Origin: Thermofilum pendens Hrk 5
GTDB taxonomy: Archaea > Thermoproteota > Thermoprotei > Thermofilales > Thermofilaceae
Assembly (NCBI RefSeq): GCF_000015225.1
Contig: NC_008698.1
Coordinates: 1,740,001 to 1,772,000 of the forward strand
Length of the DNA stretch: 32,000 nt
Direction of reading: 5' to 3'
The notes under the pieces were generated by a model, which worked only from the letters and a program-made list of their open reading frames with translations, was not told the DNA's origin and searched no databases. The position numbers were made by a program, and so were the translations under genes. This document shows positions 23,588 to 30,888 of this stretch, piece by piece. Numbering within the stretch: the stretch's first letter is position 1; the number at the start of each line of letters is the position of its first letter.

Positions 23588-24382
23588 ATGGCGCTGAAGA
23601 TAGACCTCTCCGGGAAGCTGTCGCTAACGACCGCTTCTTCTAGGGGCATAGGCTTTGGGGTGGCGAGGGTGCTCGCCCGCTGCGGTAGCGACGTCATACT
23701 GGTTTCGAGGAGCGCGGAGGGGCTTGAGAAGGCTAGAAGCGCGATCCTGAGTGAAAGCCCGGTCGACGTGTTCACTGTTCAGGCGGACTTGACGCGCAGG
23801 GAAGACCTGGAGAGGATGGTTAAAGAGGTGCTCGGCATAGGTGTTCCGGACGTGTTCTTCTACTCGACTGGGGGTCCTAGGCCTGGATCCTTCCTGGAGC
23901 TCTCCATGGACGACTGGGACTCCGCCTACAGGCTCCTCGTCTACCCGGCGGTATACATAACTAGGAGCATTCTGCCCGGGATGGTGGAGAAGAGGTGGGG
24001 GCGCCTAATCTACTTGTCCAGCCTGGCGATAAAGGAGCCGATGCCGAACCTGGCGCTGAGTAACGTTATGCGCATAGCTATTGCGGGGCTCGTGAGAACC
24101 CTTGCGCGAGAGGTGGGCAGGTATGGGATTACGGTGAACGGCATAATGCCTGGTACGATTAAGACCTCTAGGGTCGAGGAGCTTGCCGCAGATATTGCCC
24201 GCAGGCAGGGTGTATCCCTCGACGAGGCGTACAGGCAGCTCGCTAGAGACATACCTGCCGGAAGGCTCGGCTACCCCGAGGAGATCGGCTACCTAGTGGC
24301 GTTCCTGGCCAGCGACTACGCGTCGTACATCAACGGAGCAATGATACCGGTAGACGGTGGCAGGCAGGTCTCCGTCTTCTAG
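23588..24382 (+). CDS. Short-chain dehydrogenase/reductase-fold protein lacking the canonical YxxxK pair
   Basis: Cofactor loop TTASSRGIGFG, NG-like STGG, catalytic-Ser region IYLSSLA, PG motif IMPGTIKT. The position aligned to YxxxK reads SNVMR (Y to S, K to R), and no YxxxK occurs anywhere in the ORF. TATA-like ACATATAAGG at 23546-23555. Confidence 0.85.
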   Translation: MALKIDLSGKLSLTTASSRGIGFGVARVLARCGSDVILVSRSAEGLEKARSAILSESPVDVFTVQADLTRREDLERMVKEVLGIGVPDVFFYSTGGPRPGSFLELSMDDWDSAYRLLVYPAVYITRSILPGMVEKRWGRLIYLSSLAIKEPMPNLALSNVMRIAIAGLVRTLAREVGRYGITVNGIMPGTIKTSRVEELAADIARRQGVSLDEAYRQLARDIPAGRLGYPEEIGYLVAFLASDYASYINGAMIPVDGGRQVSVF

Positions 24383-24396
24383 CCTGTACCCGGCGG

Positions 24397-25176
24397 GTGG
24401 TGCCGTTGAAGGATCTCTCCCCGGAGGAGCTCGAAAGGTACGACAGGCAGATCAGGGTTTGGGGCGTCGAGGCGCAGAAGAAGCTCAAGTCCTCGACCGT
24501 CCTGGTGGTGGGAGCAGGTGGGCTGGGGTCGCCCGTAGCGTTCTACCTGGTAGCCGCCGGGGTTGGAAAGCTCATAATCGTTGACGCAGAAGACGTTGAG
24601 CTGAGCAACCTGAACAGGCAAATACTCCACTGGACGAGTGACCTTGGAAAGGCAAAGGTTGAAAGCGCGAAGGAAAAGCTCGAAAAGCTAAACCCACACG
24701 TAGAGGTAGTAACACTTAAGCAGAAAATTAGGAGCCTCGAGGACGCCTTAAAACTCGTGGAGGATGCCGACGTCGTAGTAGACTGCCTCGACAACTGGTC
24801 CACGAGGTTCCTGCTTAACGAGGCCTGCGTGAAGCTCGGAAAGCCGCTCGTGCACGGAGCCGTAAGGGGGCTCTATGGGCAGTTAACGGTTGTAAAGCCC
24901 TTCGAAGGGCCCTGCCTGAGGTGTATCCTCCCCCGGGAACCGCCCGAGGAGAGACCCTTCCCGGTGGCAGGCCCGACCCCCGGCGTTATAGGGTCGCTTG
25001 AAGCGCTGGAGGTCATCAAGATACTAACCGGCTACGGGGAGCCCATGGTGGGGCGGCTCCTGTTCTACGACGGGGTGAGAAACACCTTCGACGTCGTGAA
25101 AGTAGAGAGAAGGCCCGATTGCCCGGTGTGCGGTGTAAGCGTTCGCAAAGTAGCAAGTGGTGGGAAAACTAGCTGA
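24397..25176 (+). CDS. ThiF/MoeB/UbaA-family E1-like adenylyltransferase
   Basis: RYDRQI, nucleotide loop VVGAGGLGSPVAFYL, SNLNRQ, and zinc-type CxxC pairs (CLRC ... CPVC). 259 aa. GTG start lies 14 nt after the SDR stop. Confidence 0.9.
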   Translation: MVPLKDLSPEELERYDRQIRVWGVEAQKKLKSSTVLVVGAGGLGSPVAFYLVAAGVGKLIIVDAEDVELSNLNRQILHWTSDLGKAKVESAKEKLEKLNPHVEVVTLKQKIRSLEDALKLVEDADVVVDCLDNWSTRFLLNEACVKLGKPLVHGAVRGLYGQLTVVKPFEGPCLRCILPREPPEERPFPVAGPTPGVIGSLEALEVIKILTGYGEPMVGRLLFYDGVRNTFDVVKVERRPDCPVCGVSVRKVASGGKTS

Positions 25177-26359
25177 GAGTTTCCCTCACGCTCCCGGATA
25201 GGAGTAGGGCCGCGAGCGATACGAGCGCGAAGACCACTAGCGGTATGCTCGGGTCTCCTACGACGGCTCCTATCGACTGGTAAACGGCTATCGCCACGAA
25301 GCCGACCATGTTTACGAACGCCAGCGTCGTCCCCGAGAACTCCGGGCTGTACGCCTCGCGGGAGAGGGGAGGTATCACCATGTGGGTTGCCGCCACCACG
25401 CCGAGTAGCAGGAAAATGGCTTCGAGCTCCGCGAGACCTAGGCTTAGCCTGCTAGCCACCAGTAGGCCGACCCACGCTAAGAAGTGTAGAACTATCCCGG
25501 CGAGCAGGACGGGCTTCCTCTTTTTCAGCACGGCGTCGCTGACGTAGCCGACTAGGGGTACGGATACTAGGAAGGCTAGCGCCAGGAGCAGTAGGAGGAG
25601 TGGGGTTTCCCGCCTGTACTCCGGGAAGTACCTAGACACGTAGATCGACGCCCAGAGCGACTGGAACGCCAGCACAGCCGAGTAAGTGCCCGCGAAGGCT
25701 AGCGCTAAAGCGATTGAATGCCGGGATCTAGCGACCACCTTCAACTGCCTGAGCGTCTCCGCGAGCCCCCTCTTCAAGGAGCCGCGGGATATCCCGGGGT
25801 CGTTTATCCCCAGGAAAGCCGCGACGCTTAAGATAAAGGCGGCGACGGCGAGGTACAGGAAAACCGCCCGGAGCCCCACAGCGTCTACGGCCTCCCTGAG
25901 AGGCGCAGTGGCAAAAAGGGCTCCCAGGTTTCCCACCGCGAGGGCAAGCCCTGTGAGCGTTGCTCCGACGTTTTTCTCGGCGTACACGCCTATGACGCGC
26001 TGGAGGGAAACCCACACGGAAGCCGCGCCGACCCCTATCACGAGCCTACCCACTAGAATCAGCGTCGGGTCGCACGTTGAAGCTAACGCTGATCCCAGGC
26101 CGAGCAGGAGCATGCTGGTTCCCACGTACCTCTTCGCCCCGAGAGCGTCCGCCAGAATTCCGGCTGGAAGTTGCATAGCCGCGTACGTGTAGAAGTAGGC
26201 GGCGGCAACGATCGATGTGAAGGCTGCCGGCGGGAGGCCGTGAGCGCTGGCTATCCCTCCAAGCTCCTCCTGGACTACTCCCGTCATCGTCCTGTGGACG
26301 TACACCAGGAAGTACGCTACGTACAGTGAGGTAATCGAGTACAGTAACTTCCTCTCCAC
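25169..26359 (-). CDS. Major facilitator superfamily transporter
   Basis: 396 aa with about 12 hydrophobic segments. MFS motif-A-like GILADALGAKRY. GTG start has a palindromic TATA element about 30 nt upstream. Confidence 0.85.
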   Translation of the reverse strand: MERKLLYSITSLYVAYFLVYVHRTMTGVVQEELGGIASAHGLPPAAFTSIVAAAYFYTYAAMQLPAGILADALGAKRYVGTSMLLLGLGSALASTCDPTLILVGRLVIGVGAASVWVSLQRVIGVYAEKNVGATLTGLALAVGNLGALFATAPLREAVDAVGLRAVFLYLAVAAFILSVAAFLGINDPGISRGSLKRGLAETLRQLKVVARSRHSIALALAFAGTYSAVLAFQSLWASIYVSRYFPEYRRETPLLLLLLALAFLVSVPLVGYVSDAVLKKRKPVLLAGIVLHFLAWVGLLVASRLSLGLAELEAIFLLLGVVAATHMVIPPLSREAYSPEFSGTTLAFVNMVGFVAIAVYQSIGAVVGDPSIPLVVFALVSLAALLLSGSVRETLS

Positions 26360-26383
26360 GCGGAAATAGGGGATGGACTAGTT

Positions 26384-26395
26384 TAAAAATTTTTA
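26384..26395. promoter_or_regulatory. Perfect palindromic AT element TAAAAATTTTTA (TATA box for the MFS gene and T-tract after the upstream reductase gene)
   Basis: 12-bp perfect palindrome in the 70-nt gap between two minus-strand genes. It lies about 25-36 nt upstream of GTG 26359 and 35 nt after the stop at 26430. Confidence 0.5.
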
Positions 26396-26429
26396 GAGAA
26401 CGAACGGGATCCTGCATACCTACGTCAAG

Positions 26430-27839
26430 TCAGTGGTGAGCGTGTCTTCTCCACTCTCCGGGCTCGTGTAGGTGGAAGAAGGCCCTCTCCACGACCTCTG
26501 AGAGGGCGGGGTGTATGTGCATGCCTTCGTATATAGGCTCCGCCGTCCCGTCGCCGGCGTACATCAGGTTCACTATTTCCTGTATCAGTATGGATGCTTC
26601 TGGGCCTATTATGTGGGCTCCCAGGATTCTGAACGTATCCCTGTCTAGTATCACCTTCACGAAGTAGTCGTGAAGCATCATAGCCTCTCCCTTCGCTGTC
26701 TCCTCGTAGCCGGCGATGCCTACGAGTATGTCGTACTTCTTCGCCGCCTCCTCCTCTTTAAGCCCTACGCTCGCGACTTCCGGCTCTGTGAAGACAGCGT
26801 GGGGAACCGCGTGGTACCTCGCCTTTACGTTCTCCCCCCTGAAGGCGTTCCTGTACACTATCACGCTTTCGTAGTTAGCCTTGTGCTTGAACATCATCTT
26901 GCCCGTCGCGTCTCCGAAAGCCCATACACCGTCCTTAGTCGTCCTGAGATATTCGTCGACCAATATCCACCCCTTCTCGTCCGTCTTCACGCCGGTCTTC
27001 TCGGGCCTTGTTATGTCGCTGTAGGACTCCCTGCCGGCGGCCATTAGTATGGCGTCAGCTTCGAACTCCACGTTATCCCCAGTAGCCTTATTCTCAGCTA
27101 CCACTATCTGCCTCTCCCCGCTCCTGCGAAACTCCACCACCTCGTGGAGCGTTCTGATGTCCATGTACCTTGAAAGATCCCTCGCCAGGAGCTCCGAGAT
27201 CTCGGGCTCCTCCTCGGGGAGGATCCTCTCCCTCCTCTGCAGTACGGTGACCTGGCTACCCATCATCGCCAGGAAGAAGCCCAGCTCCAGCCCCACGAAC
27301 CCTCCGCCTATAACGACCGTTCTCCTCGGGAGCTTCCGCAACTCCCTGAAGAAGTTGTCGTTCGTGTAGTACTTAACCTCCTCTACTCCTGGAGCCTTGA
27401 CTACGTGGGGCCTAGACCCCGTGCAGAGGAGTATCGTGTCCCCCTCTATCTCCCTGCCCCCAACGTCCACTGTGTAGTCTCCGACAAACGTGCCGTCAAC
27501 TTGGTAGAGGTCTATCAGCGGGTGGTGTTTCAGCGAGTGCTCTATCTCCTTGCTCTCGGCGTATATCCTCCTCCACACGCGCTCCATGACTCCTGTGAAG
27601 TCAACCCCCGCCAGGCTTACCTGGATGCCGAACTTCTCGGCTTCCTTTATGCGCCTAATGTTCCTGGCGACTTCCAGTAGCATCTTGGAGGGGATACAGC
27701 CCCTCGTTAAGCAGATTCCTCCGACCATGTTGTTCTCTATTACGGCGAACCTCAGCCTTTTTCCCTCGTTTATGAGCTCCGATACAATGTTCATAGCCGA
27801 GCCTGTACCGAATACTATCACGTCGTAGTGTTTTACCAT
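26430..27839 (-). CDS. Class I flavoprotein disulfide reductase (dihydrolipoyl dehydrogenase / E3-like family)
   Basis: FAD motif VIVFGTGSA; redox-active disulfide GGICLTRGCIPSK; NAD(P) motif VVIGGGFVGLE; C-terminal His-Glu motif HIHPALSEVV. 469 aa. Confidence 0.9.
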   Translation of the reverse strand: MVKHYDVIVFGTGSAMNIVSELINEGKRLRFAVIENNMVGGICLTRGCIPSKMLLEVARNIRRIKEAEKFGIQVSLAGVDFTGVMERVWRRIYAESKEIEHSLKHHPLIDLYQVDGTFVGDYTVDVGGREIEGDTILLCTGSRPHVVKAPGVEEVKYYTNDNFFRELRKLPRRTVVIGGGFVGLELGFFLAMMGSQVTVLQRRERILPEEEPEISELLARDLSRYMDIRTLHEVVEFRRSGERQIVVAENKATGDNVEFEADAILMAAGRESYSDITRPEKTGVKTDEKGWILVDEYLRTTKDGVWAFGDATGKMMFKHKANYESVIVYRNAFRGENVKARYHAVPHAVFTEPEVASVGLKEEEAAKKYDILVGIAGYEETAKGEAMMLHDYFVKVILDRDTFRILGAHIIGPEASILIQEIVNLMYAGDGTAEPIYEGMHIHPALSEVVERAFFHLHEPGEWRRHAHH

Positions 27840-27898
27840 ACTACGCTCAAGGAAAATATCCCGTTAGGCTTATTTAACTCATTGGTATAAATTAAGCT

Positions 27899-28822
27899 AT
27901 GTCAGGCCTTAAAGAAGTCCTTCGGAGAAGGCTCCCGCTCCTGCTGATAGTAGCCGTAGTCATTCTCGGAGCCGTCCTGGTGTTGCTCCGCCAGGGAGCA
28001 ACGCAGACCAGGCTGACACCCTATATCGCGCAGATAACGATAAAGGGAACCATAGACTACGCCTCCAGCTCTATATTCGGCGCCACGCCGGGCGTAGAGG
28101 AGTACATAAAGCTCGTAAAGCAGGCCGAGGAGGACCCGATGGCCAAAGCCGTACTACTCGTCTTCGACAGCCCCGGGGGAACAGTTACAGCCTCGGACGA
28201 GCTCTACCAGGCGGTCAAAGAGCTTTCCCAGAAGAAGGTTGTAGTCTCCTACGCAAAGGGGCTACTCGCGAGCGGGGCGTACATGGCTGCCCTCCCGTCC
28301 CGCGCGATACTCGCGAGCCCTACCAGCGAAGTGGGCTCCGTCGGCGTGATAGTGACTGTCCTTAACGTCGGGAACCTCCTCGGAAAGATAGGAGTCACCG
28401 TGTATACCTTCAAGTCGGGAGAGCTGAAGGACGTAGGATCCCCCTACAGGCCGATGACCGAGGAGGACGCCAAGGTCTTGGAGGAGATGGTGAACTACTA
28501 CTTCGGGCTGTTCAAGGGCAGGGTTCTCGAACACAGGGGCAACGTGAGCAGCGAGGTTTTCAGCGGGAGACCTTTCACGCCCGACAAGGCGTTGCAGGCT
28601 GGCCTGATAGACAAGGTGTGCACCTACCAGGAGGCTGTTAACTACACGCGGGCGCTAGCCAACCTACCGGAGACCGCTGAGGTAGTCGAGCTCAAGCCGA
28701 GGACCCCAACGCTCCTCGACCTGCTACTCGGAACTTACTCCGGCGCCGGCAACAGGCTCGTCATACCGAGCATCGTGGTACTCTACATGTGGCCGCCGCC
28801 TGTCGCCGTGATCCTTCCTTGA
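27899..28822 (+). CDS. sppA: Signal peptide peptidase SppA (S49 family, 36K type)
   Basis: N-terminal TM helix, VLLVFDSPGGTVTASDELY, and nucleophile region LLASGAYMAA. 307 aa. Confidence 0.88.
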   Translation: MSGLKEVLRRRLPLLLIVAVVILGAVLVLLRQGATQTRLTPYIAQITIKGTIDYASSSIFGATPGVEEYIKLVKQAEEDPMAKAVLLVFDSPGGTVTASDELYQAVKELSQKKVVVSYAKGLLASGAYMAALPSRAILASPTSEVGSVGVIVTVLNVGNLLGKIGVTVYTFKSGELKDVGSPYRPMTEEDAKVLEEMVNYYFGLFKGRVLEHRGNVSSEVFSGRPFTPDKALQAGLIDKVCTYQEAVNYTRALANLPETAEVVELKPRTPTLLDLLLGTYSGAGNRLVIPSIVVLYMWPPPVAVILP

Positions 28823-30225
28823 AGCTCGGGCATAGGTCCGTCCGCCCTGAAGTAGGCCCAGGCGGAGGAGGCGAGGAACAGGAGGGACAGGAGGACTTGC
28901 ACCGAGTTCTGCATCACTATACCCACAGCCAGAGACGCGGAGAACCACGCGGATAGGTAAACCGGAAGAGCCTCCTTTTTCTCGGCGGCCTCCTTCTTTC
29001 CCTTCGGCGTGACCTCGAAGGAATAGCTAAGCCCGAGCAACCCCCTTACGGACGCGAGTGCGAGGACGGGGACAAGCGTAGCGATTATAGCCGCGAATCT
29101 ACCCAGGTTCACCAGGCTCTCCTTTAAGCTCGACCCTACCCTGACGAGCTTCGAGTAGAGGTAGAGATACAGCGGTACGACGACAACGAACGGTGCAAGC
29201 GCGAGGGACAAAGCCGTGAGGAGACCCCCTAAGCCCACCCGCGGCTCGAGCAACCCTAGAAACGGTAGCACTGCGACGGCTAGCGCCGGCGGAATAGTCA
29301 GCGCCGGTAGGGACATGTAGGCCAGCATTTCTAGCCGCACGTGTAGCGGTAGCCCTCCGTGCTTGAGTACGCGTAGAAACGACCTCCTAAGGACGTCGCT
29401 CGTGCCGTACGACCAGCGCCTCTGCTGTTTCTTGAACGCTCCTAGGGTCGACGGCACCAGGACTTTCAAGCGTGAACCGCTGAGCAGGCGTGTCCTGTAC
29501 CCTCCCAGCGCGAGCTTCACCCCCATCCATATGTCGTCCTGCACGATGCCGTCGCCCCACCCGCCGACGTCCAGGACTACCTTCCGAGGGTAAACCGTCC
29601 CAGAGCCGAGCGGAAATACGTAAAAGCCAGCCCTCGATCTCAGCTCGTAGAGGACCTCCGTCCCTAGATCCGTGAAGAACTTGACGGCCTCCGCGAGCCT
29701 TGTCCTGTAGGCGTAGTACCCCTCCCACGGGACAACCAGCGCGCCGTCGCTTAGCGTGTTGCGGCAGAGCTTCTCGGCAACGCACGGATCCACCACGGCG
29801 TCCGCATCGAGTATCATTAGGTGGCTACTCGAGGAGGAGGCAAAGTAGTCGTCTAGGGCGCCAGTCCTCCCGCCTCTGCGCTCCCTCCTCCGCCACACGG
29901 CTACTCCCGGCGCGTCACTCACGAGCCGGCTCAGCGCCTCCACGTACTCCGCGCTGTCGTCCGAGAGTATCGTTAGACGCGCGAAGCAGGGGGCGCGCGA
30001 AAAGGCTTCGAAGTCCCTCTTGGACACGCTTGCCACGAGGTCCAGCGGCTCGGAGTATACGGGCATGACTACTTCCAGCGACTGGGGTGCCTCGCCCCCC
30101 ACCGGTGGGGCGTCCTCCCTCCTCAGGTAAGCCGCCGCGAAGATAACCAGCTCGTAGAGTAGCAAGAGGAGTAGGGGTACGGCGATGAGTAGGAGGACTA
30201 TGATGCTTGCAAGCAGGGAGACCAC
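28783..30225 (-). CDS. Membrane-embedded family-2 glycosyltransferase with D,D,D,QxxRW signature (processive beta-glycan synthase-like)
   Basis: N-terminal TM; VVMPVYSEP; SDDSAEY; ILDADAV; VQDDIW; QQRRW (nt 29413-29427); then about 5 C-terminal TM helices. GTG start is preceded by two GGAGG motifs and lies 1 nt after the upstream stop. Confidence 0.88.
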   Translation of the reverse strand: MVSLLASIIVLLLIAVPLLLLLLYELVIFAAAYLRREDAPPVGGEAPQSLEVVMPVYSEPLDLVASVSKRDFEAFSRAPCFARLTILSDDSAEYVEALSRLVSDAPGVAVWRRRERRGGRTGALDDYFASSSSSHLMILDADAVVDPCVAEKLCRNTLSDGALVVPWEGYYAYRTRLAEAVKFFTDLGTEVLYELRSRAGFYVFPLGSGTVYPRKVVLDVGGWGDGIVQDDIWMGVKLALGGYRTRLLSGSRLKVLVPSTLGAFKKQQRRWSYGTSDVLRRSFLRVLKHGGLPLHVRLEMLAYMSLPALTIPPALAVAVLPFLGLLEPRVGLGGLLTALSLALAPFVVVVPLYLYLYSKLVRVGSSLKESLVNLGRFAAIIATLVPVLALASVRGLLGLSYSFEVTPKGKKEAAEKKEALPVYLSAWFSASLAVGIVMQNSVQVLLSLLFLASSAWAYFRADGPMPELQGRITATGGGHM

Positions 30226-30226
30226 C

Positions 30227-30886
30227 CTAGTCCTCCGTGTCCTCCGGTAGGTTCTTCTCTCTTTCCAAGCCCGGTTGCCCAGTCCTCACGCGTACGAGCG
30301 CGTCGAGGTATTCGCCGAAGAACGCCCAAGCCGCAAACGCTCCCACCAGGAAGCCTATCCCTATGGCTATTCCAAGGGCCAACGCCAGTTTTATCTCGTT
30401 GCTCAGAGAGGCGAGGTCGACTATGAGCAGTGTTACGACGAGCAGGCTCATCATGACGAAGAACCTCTCCGTCTTCCTCTCCATACGCATCGACTTCACT
30501 AGCGCGTCTATCACGACGAACGAGAACAGCGAGAGAACAGCCACGCTTCCAATCCTGGATATGTAGGATAGTGCCTCGCGGTAGGCCTGAGAGTACTCCG
30601 GCACGAAGACTCTGACCACGAGCGCGGCAGAGGAGGTTAAGATACCCGCGTCCGCGACGAGCACGAGTAGCGTGCTCAGAGGTATCCTGGTGCCCTCGGG
30701 GAGGCTTTTCCTCAAGTACTCGTCCAGCCTGGCGACGCTCACCAGCCACCTTATGCTCTTATTGACGAGCTTTACTACGAGGAGCGTAACGAAAAGTATG
30801 AGCGTAGCCAGGCCTACCTTGGGTGCCAGCGCTGCTATCTCGATTACGACCTGCTGGAAGAGCTGTACCACGTCCCACTCGGGCAT
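30227..30886 (-). CDS. Polytopic membrane protein of unknown function (MscS-N-terminal 'TM helix'-like repeats)
   Basis: 219 aa with about 5 hydrophobic helices (e.g. VGLATLILFVTLLVVKLV, LSTLLVLVADAGILTSSAALVV, FFVMMSLLVVTLLIV, LALALGIAIGIGFLVGAFAAWAF) and an acidic C-terminal tail. ATG lies 2 nt after the upstream stop, with GGTGG upstream. Confidence 0.75.
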   Translation of the reverse strand: MPEWDVVQLFQQVVIEIAALAPKVGLATLILFVTLLVVKLVNKSIRWLVSVARLDEYLRKSLPEGTRIPLSTLLVLVADAGILTSSAALVVRVFVPEYSQAYREALSYISRIGSVAVLSLFSFVVIDALVKSMRMERKTERFFVMMSLLVVTLLIVDLASLSNEIKLALALGIAIGIGFLVGAFAAWAFFGEYLDALVRVRTGQPGLEREKNLPEDTED

Positions 30887-30888
30887 TT

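Noticed and set aside
25686-26417. Plus- and minus-strand alternative ORFs (168 aa, 95 aa, 123 aa) across the MFS gene
   Set aside because: Their translations are Arg/Ala/Pro-rich, typical of wrong-frame GC-rich sequence. The MFS frame shows 12 hydrophobic segments and motif A.
30198-30749. 183-aa minus-strand ORF overlapping the 219-aa membrane-protein gene in another frame
   Set aside because: It is an Arg/Gly-rich shadow frame. The retained frame has coherent TM helices, an ATG with an RBS, and tight coupling to both neighbours.
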